From Escherichia phage vB_EcoS-DELF2: a DNA stretch of 50,168 nucleotides. The position numbers and the translations under genes were made by a program. The stretch lies in sequence record NC_049832.1; one strand, given 5' to 3'. The notes below the pieces were generated by a model. It saw only the letters and a program-made list of their open reading frames with translations. It was not told the origin of the DNA and ran no database searches. Of this stretch, positions 1 through 9,458 are shown piece after piece; within the stretch, counting starts at the first letter, position 1, and each line of letters opens with the position of its first letter.

Positions 1-231
1 TTTCATGCTTCCGGGATCTCGATGGACATATTCATCGGATTTTTTTCGTACACCAGTACGCCTTTAGTACCCGCACCGTCGATATCTTCAAGCTCTGCGA
101 TAGAGTCGATTTCGATACCAGCATTCTGAGACTTGAAATAGTCCAGGTAAGACATGGTAGTTTCAGGCATACGGATCGCCAGAACCTTACGCATGGACGG
201 CGGGATCAGAATGTTGGTTGCACGATGCTGA
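1..231. repeat. left copy of terminal direct repeat (about 227 bp, matches 49942..50168 with 3 substitutions)
   Basis: Positions about 5..231 realign to 49942..50168; ORF track confirms protein differences (MRKVLAIR vs MLMVLAIR) between copies. Confidence 0.85.
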
Positions 232-848
232 CCGCGAGTAATCGTCTCGATGGTTTCAATCGCCTGAGTCAATTCCGCTTCAGCCGTTTCCGGCTTCGGA
301 GTTGAGGCATTCATCCACTTACCGGAGGTAATTTTGGTGATGTTCGGATGGTTGAACACGGACACGATCTTGTGCGGCGCGGAACCTTTGAACACCAGAC
401 GGTTAACCAGTTGGTCATGCGCTAACTGACACGCGCTTGCCTTGCGGGTTGACAGCGGTCGACCAGTTGCCTGACCTGCTTTGATTTCGTCGATTGAAAT
501 CAGGTACGCGTTACCCAAGCGGAACACCTTACCGAACTCAGAAGTACCAAGCGCATCAACCAGAGGCAGGTCATCTGTATAGTCAGCGATAATCTGCGCA
601 GTACCAACCTTATCAAAGGTCATATACTCAAACGTCTTGTCGGTCGGAGATAGATCGGTAGTAACCGGGAATACTCGAAGTGCGGAGCCTGCCGGGTAGT
701 CTTCTTCATAGGACTGGCTTTTGATGCGGTGTAGTTCCTGAGCGGTCCAGATACCCATCGTTGCGGCTGCATCCTGTTTTACGCCAGCCTGGATCAGATA
801 CATTTCAACATTGCTCTTATCTGCTTCATCAAATTTTTTAGTAGTCAT
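3..848 (-). CDS. major capsid protein (281 aa as read here; C-terminus differs from the end-copy version)
   Basis: Position after scaffold/decoration genes in a head module; followed by strong hairpin+T-run; AAGGAG RBS before ATG at 848; stop TGA at 3..5 exists only in this copy. Confidence 0.7.
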   Translation of the reverse strand: MTTKKFDEADKSNVEMYLIQAGVKQDAAATMGIWTAQELHRIKSQSYEEDYPAGSALRVFPVTTDLSPTDKTFEYMTFDKVGTAQIIADYTDDLPLVDALGTSEFGKVFRLGNAYLISIDEIKAGQATGRPLSTRKASACQLAHDQLVNRLVFKGSAPHKIVSVFNHPNITKITSGKWMNASTPKPETAEAELTQAIETIETITRGQHRATNILIPPSMRKVLAIRMPETTMSYLDYFKSQNAGIEIDSIAELEDIDGAGTKGVLVYEKNPMNMSIEIPEA

Positions 849-865
849 GATTACTTCTCCTTAGT

Positions 866-896
866 TAATAAAAAAGCCGTGATTATGTTCACGGCT
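866..896 (-). terminator. hairpin (GCCGTG-N8-CACGGC) followed by T-run on minus transcript
   Basis: Plus strand reads ataaaaaa then inverted repeat; lies between decoration-like gene and capsid gene. Confidence 0.5.
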
Positions 897-939
897 TCAA
901 TAATAGCACTTTTTGTTAAAGCGTCAAAGTATTTTTGTG

Positions 940-1707
940 TTATGACTCTTCTTCTTCGGCTGGCGCAGCATCAAAAACATAAGTGATCGATTCTTTAGTT
1001 TTGCTGGCATCGTTAGCCGTCCAATTTACGATTACGCTACCTGCCGCATCTCCACCAATTGGAGTAAGAACGCCAGATTTTGGATCTATTGTCGCAATAT
1101 TTTCAGCATCAACAGACCACACGCCAGTTTTATCGGTGGCATTGTCAGGTTTTACAGCAACGTTAAATTGCACAGGTGCATTGTTTGGCTGAGGACTCTC
1201 CTTGTTAGTTGTAATCGTCGCAGACTCAACAAGAACCACGGGAGGTGGTGGAGGTGGAACAATAAAGGCATTTTGCTTAACCTGAACCTCAATAATGTAC
1301 CCGTCCTCGTGCTTAACAAATCCACCAGAAAAAGTCCAACCTACGGAACCAGAGCTACCAGTAACAACACCACCAGATCCAAATTGTAACTTTGAGAACA
1401 AGGCCGGAGCTTCATCAAGAGAAGTTAGCGTCCACACGCGACCATGAGAAACGACGTTGCAAACTTCACCGTCGAGGATTTTACCGCTCAGGTGTTCATA
1501 TTGGGAACGGAAAGCGATTCCGTAAGGTGTTTCACCATCAGTAAGCGTGGAAACAACCTTAACGCCGTCAACAATACCGATAACTTTAACAGCGGAGCCG
1601 AACTCAATATCGCCTTGAGCAACACAAGATCCATCAATATTGTAGGTTGAAGTATCCGAAAGATTACCAGGGCACGCCGGGCGTAACATTAAATTTTCGT
1701 AAGGCAT
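940..1707 (-). CDS. head decoration-like structural protein with poly-Pro linker and C-terminal Ig-like domain
   Basis: N-terminal domain paralogous to 1767..2243 (YNIDG.CV, PYG.A.RS, SGRVW.L motifs); PPPPPPP linker; beta-rich C-terminus. Confidence 0.45.
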   Translation of the reverse strand: MPYENLMLRPACPGNLSDTSTYNIDGSCVAQGDIEFGSAVKVIGIVDGVKVVSTLTDGETPYGIAFRSQYEHLSGKILDGEVCNVVSHGRVWTLTSLDEAPALFSKLQFGSGGVVTGSSGSVGWTFSGGFVKHEDGYIIEVQVKQNAFIVPPPPPPVVLVESATITTNKESPQPNNAPVQFNVAVKPDNATDKTGVWSVDAENIATIDPKSGVLTPIGGDAAGSVIVNWTANDASKTKESITYVFDAAPAEEEES

Positions 1708-1719
1708 AGTATTTTCTCC

Positions 1720-1750
1720 ATAAAAAAAGGACTACCCAAAAGGATAGTCC
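1720..1750 (-). terminator. hairpin (GGACTA...TAGTCC) plus T-run on minus transcript
   Basis: Plus strand aaaaaaa then inverted repeat between the two paralogous genes. Confidence 0.5.
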
Positions 1751-1766
1751 CCATATTAAACACTAA

Positions 1767-2243
1767 TTACAGTTGATGCAACTGAACTTCAACAAGCTGA
1801 ATGTCTTTATATTTGGTCCAGCCGCCAGCGTAGGTCCAAGTTGTTTCGATCGTACCATCAGATTTCTCTTGACCGTCAACGTCAAGTTTTACAGCTGTCC
1901 CGAAAGTTGGTGCTTCTTCTGATTTGGAAAGCATCCAGACTCGCCCGGAGGTCATGACGTTGATAGCACCGCCATCTTCGTAAATCATCTGATTATCTTT
2001 GTTCACAGTCTGCCAGTGAGATCGAATAGCTACGCCATACGGCACTTTAGACGATTCCATAGCCTTAACCAATTTATGGCCGTCAACGGCTTGGGCTTGA
2101 ACAACCTGTACGGCAGCGCCAACAAAAACATCACCTTCGTTAACGACGCAAGCGCCATCAATATTATACTTCGAAGTATCCGCAACCATACCCGGAAGCG
2201 CAATGGCCATGTCTCGCTGATAAGATGCATTAATCTGTGCCAT
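1767..2243 (-). CDS. head decoration-like structural protein (tandem paralog of 940..1707)
   Basis: Shared N-terminal motifs with 940..1707; head-module position. Confidence 0.45.
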   Translation of the reverse strand: MAQINASYQRDMAIALPGMVADTSKYNIDGACVVNEGDVFVGAAVQVVQAQAVDGHKLVKAMESSKVPYGVAIRSHWQTVNKDNQMIYEDGGAINVMTSGRVWMLSKSEEAPTFGTAVKLDVDGQEKSDGTIETTWTYAGGWTKYKDIQLVEVQLHQL

Positions 2244-2254
2244 GATATTTCCCC

Positions 2255-3367
2255 TTACATTACTTTGCTTAAACGTGAATTTGGCGTAACAGGTGCGGCG
2301 TCGTTTTTCTCTTCCGGCTTACCGCCTTCGATAGAATCGCCTTTTACCGCCTTACGCTGAATAGCCATAATATCAGAATCCTTAGCAACATCAAACATAG
2401 CGTCGATATATGCGTCTGATTTTTCGCTAACATCTTTATCAAGCATGGCTTTGACAACAGCTACCTTAACGTCTTTGATATCAAGACCATCATGCTTAAC
2501 GCCTGCGGTTTCCGCTACTGCGGTGACTTCAGCACGCGCTGCGGCGTCAGCTTTTTGCTTCTCTACTTCGGCCTTCACCAGTTCCGGCAGTGAGTCAACC
2601 TTAACCTTCAGCGCATCGCGCTCAGCTTCGAAGCCATCAGCTTTCCCCTGAATGGCGGCAATCTGCGCGGTTAATTTTTCGATATGGTTCGCAACATCTT
2701 CGGTCACTTCCACATCAACTGAGTCGATCTTAATTTTTTTCATTTTCTTGTCCTCGTTAGTTAATTGAACGTTATTATCATACGGGAACTCCTGCTCGGC
2801 ATCAAGGTTTAATTTAGCAATTCCAGCGCGACCCTTGAAAACAAGTGCAATGTGGTTTACCTTGATGTTTGTTTGAACAGCATCGAATTTAACCCAACCT
2901 TCAGGCGGCGCTTCGTCCTGTTTCATATCCTCTTCGAAGATATATTCTCCAGTCTCATTTGAACCCCATCCCGGCTTATCAATATCTACTGACGTGTAGC
3001 CAACAGATAATTCACCAGCTTCTTTTGCTTTAGCCTTGCTGATCGCGTAGTCGCTGTAAATGCTCAAAGGGACTTCAACTCCAACACCTGAAGCAATACC
3101 AGCGCCAGCGCACGATCCTACAACAACGTCCTTAGCATTTTGGGGAGTCACCGTTACGTGACCGACCGTGATCGGCTTGCCTGCAAAACTTTGCAAGGAA
3201 TCTTGCTTGAAAACTTCGGACGCCGGACGGAACTCAACGCGATCGCCGTGTGGAGTCTTGTAAACCTGAGCACCGATTCGCGCCACGATGGGACGGTCAA
3301 CCAAAAAACCATTATCATCAAAGTGCGCCTTGATTTTTACGGAATCGAATCTTTGTTTTGCCTTCAT
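2255..3367 (-). CDS. prohead protease/scaffolding protein (coiled-coil C-terminus)
   Basis: Position between head morphogenesis and decoration/capsid genes; Ala/Lys/Glu-rich coiled-coil tail; AGGAG RBS before internal ATG at 3367. Confidence 0.5.
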   Translation of the reverse strand: MKAKQRFDSVKIKAHFDDNGFLVDRPIVARIGAQVYKTPHGDRVEFRPASEVFKQDSLQSFAGKPITVGHVTVTPQNAKDVVVGSCAGAGIASGVGVEVPLSIYSDYAISKAKAKEAGELSVGYTSVDIDKPGWGSNETGEYIFEEDMKQDEAPPEGWVKFDAVQTNIKVNHIALVFKGRAGIAKLNLDAEQEFPYDNNVQLTNEDKKMKKIKIDSVDVEVTEDVANHIEKLTAQIAAIQGKADGFEAERDALKVKVDSLPELVKAEVEKQKADAAARAEVTAVAETAGVKHDGLDIKDVKVAVVKAMLDKDVSEKSDAYIDAMFDVAKDSDIMAIQRKAVKGDSIEGGKPEEKNDAAPVTPNSRLSKVM

Positions 3368-3369
3368 TT

Positions 3370-4131
3370 TTAATCTCCTGTAGAAAAGTCTGGAACAGCC
3401 CAACAGCGGCAATTGTATTCTTCACCCGGGAATACGTGATCGGAATCTACCGCTATACGCTTACCTTCCCATCTTACATGCTTTTCACGTTCACGTAAAT
3501 CCATCACCCCGCGCCAGAAATAGTAAGAGACTCCAGCGTCTTTTATGCGCTGCCGCATCAGTCTACTGTTCCATGTTCCGACAATCCCCGACGCTCTGTT
3601 TTTGGACCAATTCCGGTAAATACCAAATCGCTCCTTAGCAAGTTCAACAACAAAATCCTTGCTTTTACCCTGACCGGATGCCGCACGAAGTTTATCAGTG
3701 AAATCAGTAACCATGTTGGCGGCAAATTTCCTGATAGAAGTAGTCACCTGCGATCGCCACAGATTATATTGTCCTGAGTACCAGTTTTCGGCAGCGGTAG
3801 GACCAATCAGGGCAAGTAGCATTACGGCTTGATTCTTCTTACCTCCAGCATTTCGAGCTATTCGCAACCACTGCTTAGAGTTGAATTTATAGATAGTTAG
3901 CGCGACGGATGATAGAGATCCGATAATCGGCGCGATTAGAGATTCGACGTAATCAAGCAATGACCTTTCCGCTTGGTCTATCTCTTCGTCGGTAGCGTCA
4001 AATTTCATCGGCTTTAATTCGTCACGCATTCTTTCTGTTAGTCTGGCTGCAACATCCTGTAAGGAGCGCGACATTGCGCGCTCGCTCATTTCAGGATAGC
4101 GCCACTGTGTTGCAACGCCATTAATTTTCAT
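3370..4131 (-). CDS. head morphogenesis / minor head protein
   Basis: Immediately downstream of portal, overlapping start/stop; typical position of SPP1 gp7/Mu F-like protein. Confidence 0.45.
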   Translation of the reverse strand: MKINGVATQWRYPEMSERAMSRSLQDVAARLTERMRDELKPMKFDATDEEIDQAERSLLDYVESLIAPIIGSLSSVALTIYKFNSKQWLRIARNAGGKKNQAVMLLALIGPTAAENWYSGQYNLWRSQVTTSIRKFAANMVTDFTDKLRAASGQGKSKDFVVELAKERFGIYRNWSKNRASGIVGTWNSRLMRQRIKDAGVSYYFWRGVMDLREREKHVRWEGKRIAVDSDHVFPGEEYNCRCWAVPDFSTGD

Positions 4132-5404
4132 CTTCTAACTTCTCCCCTAATCCCGGTTCCGGCTCTGTTGTTTCTTCCGGTTCGCGAATGTTGATGTTAT
4201 TACCATCCTTGAGTTTGAACTCAGGCGCAATGGATCGCAACGTGTCGCGAGCTTCTTCCAGATCGATGATTTGCTCGGTGATAGCTTTCGTTACCGACTC
4301 AATGTTGTTCTTCGTGATCTCGGATTCTTCTTTCTTGCTCGGGACCGACAGCGGATCAAACTCGATGGACCACTCTTCTTCGTCAACAATGAACGGCAAC
4401 AAGAACTCAAGAAGCGGTCTGTAATCCTCTTCACGCTTGCGATCGACTAACTTATAGAAAGTCTCAAGCGCCGTGTTTTGGCTCGCTGATACGCCGCCTA
4501 CGTTCTTATTCTTAATGATAATCTCATGAATCCCGGATAGGGAGACAATGCGGTCCATCTTGCTTGATAAGAACTCAGGAACTCCGCTGATATCAGAGTT
4601 TAGAACGTCGTATTCTTCCGTCTCGGCATCGATACCGATCGCACGGCCAACACCTGAATTATCGTCAACCTGAGCCAGTCTCAAGCGCGCTGCATACCGA
4701 GCATTATCATCATCACACATTTCAACAAGACCTTTGACTTTCCATACCGCCTGCTGCTTACGCCTCAGGATCTGAGTCGCTAGAGATTCGCAATAGTCGT
4801 AGTCGCAGATCGCATCAATTAGTGACTTATTCAAAACTGAAGCACCCCACCCTTGATTCTGTTTTCTAGTCTGAGGTGTTACTCGTTCACCATCAGCAAT
4901 AAAAATTCTTGTGTGGTGGATTAAGTAAGGTTGAATATTGTCACCAGGAGACACCTTATAGATCTCAGGTTCACCATAGCGAGGCGATCGAGCATTAGTT
5001 ACTCTTTTTTCGATTGTAATTGCGAATCTATCATAAACACGCACACCTTCAAGTTTAGCTCCAGGTTTAACTGGACTGGTTAGCATTCTGTTGTCGTTAA
5101 TGATCGCTACAATAGCCGCTCCACCGTATAGGCGCGCCCAGCAAAGAACATCAACCAAGCTAGGATCAATTTTGTAACTATCCCACAGAGATTTGAACTC
5201 CTTTTCATCCTTGACTCCTGATATTTTAAAACCAGCCGTAACCATCTCTTCAGGGATCACGTCGACAATTCTTTTCGCTGTCGCGTTGTCGTTATAGAAT
5301 GAGCCGACGTTATATGACGCATCAACCATAAAAAATGGTTTAGGTGAGCCGTCCGCGCCGCCGTTAAAGATATCGTTATAACCATCATGCTTAACAATTT
5401 TCAT
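4121..5404 (-). CDS. portal protein
   Basis: 427 aa ORF directly downstream of large terminase; acidic C-terminus; conserved module order. Confidence 0.7.
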   Translation of the reverse strand: MKIVKHDGYNDIFNGGADGSPKPFFMVDASYNVGSFYNDNATAKRIVDVIPEEMVTAGFKISGVKDEKEFKSLWDSYKIDPSLVDVLCWARLYGGAAIVAIINDNRMLTSPVKPGAKLEGVRVYDRFAITIEKRVTNARSPRYGEPEIYKVSPGDNIQPYLIHHTRIFIADGERVTPQTRKQNQGWGASVLNKSLIDAICDYDYCESLATQILRRKQQAVWKVKGLVEMCDDDNARYAARLRLAQVDDNSGVGRAIGIDAETEEYDVLNSDISGVPEFLSSKMDRIVSLSGIHEIIIKNKNVGGVSASQNTALETFYKLVDRKREEDYRPLLEFLLPFIVDEEEWSIEFDPLSVPSKKEESEITKNNIESVTKAITEQIIDLEEARDTLRSIAPEFKLKDGNNINIREPEETTEPEPGLGEKLEDEN

Positions 5405-5414
5405 ACTTTCCCTC

Positions 5415-5444
5415 CAATAAAAAAGGCCGTCAATTGACAGCCTT
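5415..5444 (-). terminator. weak hairpin containing perfect palindrome GTCAATTGAC, plus T-run (possible attenuator or binding site)
   Basis: aaaaaaGGCCGTCAATTGACAGCC between terminase large subunit and portal. Confidence 0.3.
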
Positions 5445-5460
5445 GATTATATCTCATTTA

Positions 5461-7044
5461 TTACCTCTTAACCATCCCAGCGAGTCGCTTCATTCTCTCG
5501 ATAGGATCATCAATGGTCAGCAATTCGATGTTCGCCGCATCCATGAAGTTATCGACGATATCATCATGCGGATGGGTGTCATCGTAAGTGAAGGCGCTAT
5601 GTTCTGCGATGATTTCCGCAAGCATAGGGTGCTCTTCTGGAAGAACCACGCGACCAGCCTTAATGACTGGCTGAGCATCCATAGCTCGGGTAACTTTGTC
5701 TTTGTTACGCTGCAATGGAGTGATGGATATCGGAGTCTTTTTCCTTAGATTCTGGATTAAGCCCGTACCGCTCGCCTTATCTTCCACATAGATTTTACGA
5801 AGCACCCCCATTGATTTATTGTGCCTCCACGCCTGGTTGACGAAAGCGGTAAATTGCTTCTCCATATCCGGCGCTTCCCACTTTCCGCGAATGCCGTCGA
5901 TAAAGTAAACCTTATCATTCTTCTTGCCCCACAAACAAAATACCGTGTAGTCGTTTAGCTCGCCTGTCTTCTGAGCGGTATCGGCAGTGATGAATCGGTA
6001 ATCATATTTACCCGGATCTGGCTCGTCAGCGTCAAGGCTGCTGCCGTAATAAGTCCACCACTCTGAGTTAAACACGGAGCCACCCAGCGCGATCGGCTTC
6101 TGCTGATACTGAGAATCAAAGGTATACTGATCTGCTTCTCGTAAAGCTAGCAGGTCGTGCACACTTTCCTTGCTGGGCCAAAAAGAGTAATGCTTAACGC
6201 CATCCAATTCTACATACTCAGACGATAAAACATCACGAGCAAAGTAAGGCTGTAACCAATCAGGAAGTGTCTTTCCGTATTCTTCCGTCACCAGCGCCGG
6301 GATTGAGATTTGGTCAAACTCAATACCCATCCCGCCATTCATCATGAACCAGGTTGAATCCTGAGCATGTAGTCGTTGCTGAATTGCAATAATAGGCGTC
6401 TCGTTATGCATACGACGGGATCGAATGGTGTTTTTCAATAGCATGTGCGTACGCTCACGCTTAACCTTTGAGAACATATCATCAGGCTTGTCGATATCGT
6501 CGAGCATTACCATCCCGGAGAATCCCGGCATCATGTAGCCACCACGAGAACCTGTAATACGACCTCCAGCCGCAGCTGATATCAACTCAAACCAAACCTT
6601 TCCGTCTTCGTTAAGAACCTGCATCTCCTCGTCTTTCGATGTACCGAACTTGCAAGGCCATAGCTCTTGAAATTCGTTGCTGCTGATAATCTCACGGACA
6701 CGCTTACTGTTACGCTTAACCAAGCTGTCGGCAAACGACACGTTAAGGTTTCGAACCTTCTTACACTTGAGCATTGCGTACACCGGAAGGTGAATTGAGA
6801 ACACTTCAGTTTTACCGGAGCCTGGCGTGACGTTAAAGATTGTATTACCTCGCCGCCCTGCAATAATTTCCTCCACTTCGTGACATAGGTAAAGGTGATG
6901 CCAGTTAGGCTGGAACTGCTGAGCCTGCATAAGCTGGAACCAGATCCGAATCATTTTTTCGAAATTGGCCTCGCTCATTTTCTTGATCGCTAACTTCTGC
7001 GTTGCGTTAAGGTCTTCCCATTGAATCATGATTAAGTCTCCCAT
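5461..7044 (-). CDS. terminase large subunit
   Basis: Walker A-like NVTPGSGKT, Walker B-like VMLDDID, C-terminal nuclease acidic motifs (ITADTA, DDTHPHDDIVD). Confidence 0.9.
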   Translation of the reverse strand: MGDLIMIQWEDLNATQKLAIKKMSEANFEKMIRIWFQLMQAQQFQPNWHHLYLCHEVEEIIAGRRGNTIFNVTPGSGKTEVFSIHLPVYAMLKCKKVRNLNVSFADSLVKRNSKRVREIISSNEFQELWPCKFGTSKDEEMQVLNEDGKVWFELISAAAGGRITGSRGGYMMPGFSGMVMLDDIDKPDDMFSKVKRERTHMLLKNTIRSRRMHNETPIIAIQQRLHAQDSTWFMMNGGMGIEFDQISIPALVTEEYGKTLPDWLQPYFARDVLSSEYVELDGVKHYSFWPSKESVHDLLALREADQYTFDSQYQQKPIALGGSVFNSEWWTYYGSSLDADEPDPGKYDYRFITADTAQKTGELNDYTVFCLWGKKNDKVYFIDGIRGKWEAPDMEKQFTAFVNQAWRHNKSMGVLRKIYVEDKASGTGLIQNLRKKTPISITPLQRNKDKVTRAMDAQPVIKAGRVVLPEEHPMLAEIIAEHSAFTYDDTHPHDDIVDNFMDAANIELLTIDDPIERMKRLAGMVKR

Positions 7045-7068
7045 GTGGGCGCTCGCGCGCCCCTAACG

Positions 7069-7593
7069 TTAAAGCATATCAAGAATGCTGTTTACTGCCT
7101 CTTTCATTGCATCCTCAGTAGTGGCGACTACTGTCGATGCGGAAGCTGACGAGTTTTCGATATTGATTGAGGCTGGCTTATCGATTCCGAGATCCTTACC
7201 GATAAAGGAGGCGTTAATAACACCGTTGGCGGCAAGCTGGAATTTTTGCTCGTTGATTACCGACTCCACAAACTCCATAACCTCACTGTATTCTTCCTCT
7301 CGCTTCCACTTAATGATTGCGGCCTCGCTTGCACCGATGAATAGTCGGTATCCGGTCCAGGTGAAGACGCGCGGCTTATGGACAAGCGACTCATAAACGC
7401 CACCCTGAAAGCTGGCTGATTCTGACGCCTTGATTGCGTTGTCCTCGGCCCATTCGAAATACTTCACTGACAGATCGAATAGTTGCTCTGGCGTCATCGC
7501 CCGGTTTTTCGCGAGTACAGTGCCAAACTTTTTCTTGTATAGCTCTTTGAAATTACCTCCCTGGACTACGGGAGCGTTCTTAGGTTCACTCAT
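7069..7593 (-). CDS. terminase small subunit (putative)
   Basis: Immediately upstream of large terminase; GAGGA RBS before ATG at 7593 (track start 7617 lacks RBS). Confidence 0.45.
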   Translation of the reverse strand: MSEPKNAPVVQGGNFKELYKKKFGTVLAKNRAMTPEQLFDLSVKYFEWAEDNAIKASESASFQGGVYESLVHKPRVFTWTGYRLFIGASEAAIIKWKREEEYSEVMEFVESVINEQKFQLAANGVINASFIGKDLGIDKPASINIENSSASASTVVATTEDAMKEAVNSILDML

Positions 7594-7644
7594 AAATACA
7601 TCCTCTTTGTTTAACATTTAGTGCTATTTTACCATATTGCAGGC

Positions 7645-7669
7645 ATAAAAAAACCCGCCGGAGCGGGTT
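7645..7669 (-). terminator. intrinsic terminator hairpin AACCCGCC-GGAG-CGGGTT plus T-run
   Basis: Between 7678..7905 and terminase small subunit; followed by TGgTAAAAT extended -10-like element. Confidence 0.6.
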
Positions 7670-7677
7670 AGTGTTTA

Positions 7678-7905
7678 TCACGACAATCGTCGTTTAATGC
7701 CTTTAGGGTGGGTCTGAGCTTTAGAGTAGCAGTGAGCAAGGTCGCCAGTCATTTCCCATTGATCCTTCTTAGGCGAGTAGGTCAGCCATACACCAGTTTT
7801 ATCCTTAGCGTCCATCGCAATTGCTGCCGCAACAAGTGCGAAGCAAGCAAACAAACCAGCACCAAAAATAACAACACCAGCGATAATCAATAAAAAAATT
7901 GTCAT
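7678..7905 (-). CDS. small membrane protein
   Basis: N-terminal hydrophobic helix (IFLLIIAGVVIFGAGLFACFALVAAAIA). Confidence 0.4.
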   Translation of the reverse strand: MTIFLLIIAGVVIFGAGLFACFALVAAAIAMDAKDKTGVWLTYSPKKDQWEMTGDLAHCYSKAQTHPKGIKRRLS

Positions 7906-7906
7906 G

Positions 7907-8092
7907 TTAAATCTCCTTGATTAATTCAATATTTATTTTGTGAGTGTCAAGGTTAGCGCCGGAAAGTTTTTTTGCTTTCGTGATGGCTTCTGCCTGACTG
8001 GTTGCTGATAATTCAGTTTCGAAAGATTGCTTGCAAGACTGGCAAAACATACCCATCTTTCGAATGATTAATTTAATTTTGAATCGCTTCAT
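7907..8092 (-). CDS. hypothetical protein
   Basis: 61 aa ORF; alternative 47-aa ORF in another frame at about 8095..8238 also possible. Confidence 0.25.
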   Translation of the reverse strand: MKRFKIKLIIRKMGMFCQSCKQSFETELSATSQAEAITKAKKLSGANLDTHKINIELIKEI

Positions 8093-8398
8093 CTTCCTGC
8101 GCCTTAATCATAACGCCAGCAATGCGACCAATAACAGCCTCGCCAGGATTTAATCGTTTTTTATAACGAGTGGTTTCACCGTTGCGAGTTACTTTAATTT
8201 CAATTTTTACTGTTTCATCTTTAGTGTTTTGCATTATGCAATCCTCTTGAATTTTTGCCGCTTACGGGTCTGCGGCGTTGCTTAACCACTATGCAACCGA
8301 GCTTGTTATCTGGAAGTGTGAGAATCGTCTCACGCGTTGCGCTTAGTTGCGCCTCGTCTGTCTACGGGATTAATACTATCACCGCTCAGGGATTTAGG

Positions 8399-8602
8399 TC
8401 AATCATTAATTTCGAATTGCCCCTTAGTCATATCCTGCGGGTAATCAATCTCGTGCAGGTTTCCATCATCGCCGTACACGAATACCAATCTCTTTGATTT
8501 ACTAACCTTTTCCACATCGCACGCGCACCCTGCTGAGAAAGCATCGCTATTGCGTGAAGTGACACATCGAACCTGCTCGCCTTTCTTCGGTAAGTTAGCC
8601 AT
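8399..8602 (-). CDS. hypothetical protein
   Basis: ORF in co-oriented early block. Confidence 0.4.
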   Translation of the reverse strand: MANLPKKGEQVRCVTSRNSDAFSAGCACDVEKVSKSKRLVFVYGDDGNLHEIDYPQDMTKGQFEIND

Positions 8603-8832
8603 TATTCGTAATCCCCTTCTTTGTTCCCTACGCGCCCAGCAATATACCCGGCAGTCCAGACAAATTTGTATCGGTCAATGAGTAGCTCGACCTTTTTGTG
8701 GTGAGTCGAGATTACATCAATCATGATCTTGTCGTTCTTCCGATCTTCTTTCTTCATTCCGCTGACGAATTTGTTTAATTCTTTCGCGGCACGCTTTACA
8801 ACATTCCACTCCGCTTCGCTTAAACCGAACAT
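8602..8832 (-). CDS. hypothetical protein
   Basis: ORF with overlapping stop/start to neighbours. Confidence 0.4.
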   Translation of the reverse strand: MFGLSEAEWNVVKRAAKELNKFVSGMKKEDRKNDKIMIDVISTHHKKVELLIDRYKFVWTAGYIAGRVGNKEGDYE

Positions 8833-9176
8833 TATTTATCACCTTTGAATGAAAAACTTACACCTAAAACCTGATTGCAAACCGACTCCATGTATCGCAA
8901 CTGGTATTGAGCAACCTTTGAAGGACTTAATTCATCGGTAAATAAATCCTCAACGTTGATTTCTTTTTTATGCTTGCGCTTCCATGCCTTGATGATATTT
9001 GGCAGGATTCGCTCGCTTTTCCAGGCTGCAAACTCAGCTTGGTTGGTTGATGCTGGGGTAAGCTGTCTTTCGATCTGGTTAAGAATCTCAGCGGTGGCGC
9101 CTTTTACGTGAAGTTGTTCGCCGATAGTGTCGAGGATTTCACGCGCTTGTTTATCTGACAGGTTAATCGTGATCAT
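8832..9176 (-). CDS. hypothetical protein
   Basis: ORF with overlapping stop/start to neighbours. Confidence 0.4.
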   Translation of the reverse strand: MITINLSDKQAREILDTIGEQLHVKGATAEILNQIERQLTPASTNQAEFAAWKSERILPNIIKAWKRKHKKEINVEDLFTDELSPSKVAQYQLRYMESVCNQVLGVSFSFKGDK

Positions 9177-9382
9177 GCTTCTTCTCCTTCATCTTCGATC
9201 GGGGTAAAAAACTGAGTGTTCACTGCCGGGTTATAATAAACCCCATCGTCATAGTCGCTTTCTTTCACTTCAATGAAAACGTCGCAACCGTCATGCATGA
9301 AGTCACCATTATCAGTATGAACCAGTTCGAATACTTCAGAAGTTTTAGTGCAAGTGAAAAACTTATCAGTTGATACCATCAT
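9173..9382 (-). CDS. hypothetical protein
   Basis: Preceded by palindrome motif 9440..9458 plus TGaTATAGT extended -10 and GAGAGA RBS. Confidence 0.45.
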   Translation of the reverse strand: MMVSTDKFFTCTKTSEVFELVHTDNGDFMHDGCDVFIEVKESDYDDGVYYNPAVNTQFFTPIEDEGEEA

Positions 9383-9439
9383 TTCGATTTTCTCTCTTCG
9401 TTGTCGATGAGGTAACTATATCAAATCACCCCACCGACG

Positions 9440-9458
9440 TTTTAGCAATTCGTGCTAT
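9440..9458 (-). promoter_or_regulatory. palindrome motif copy (plus-strand text TTTTAGCAATTCGTGCTAT) with extended -10 TGaTATAGT 19 nt downstream
   Basis: Read directly; upstream gene stop codon TAG embedded in motif. Confidence 0.55.

Noticed and set aside
983-1650. Plus-strand ORFs 983..1192, 1168..1389, 1444..1650 inside the decoration-like gene
   Set aside because: Embedded antisense to a well-supported structural gene; no RBS or promoter; low-complexity translations.
7085-7621. Plus-strand ORFs 7085..7396 and 7430..7621 opposite the terminase small subunit gene
   Set aside because: Antisense to a co-oriented packaging gene; no start signals.
8255-8497. Plus-strand ORF 8255..8497
   Set aside because: Lies in an otherwise minus-strand block, overlaps a minus ORF and has no RBS; the region is more likely non-coding or a structured RNA.
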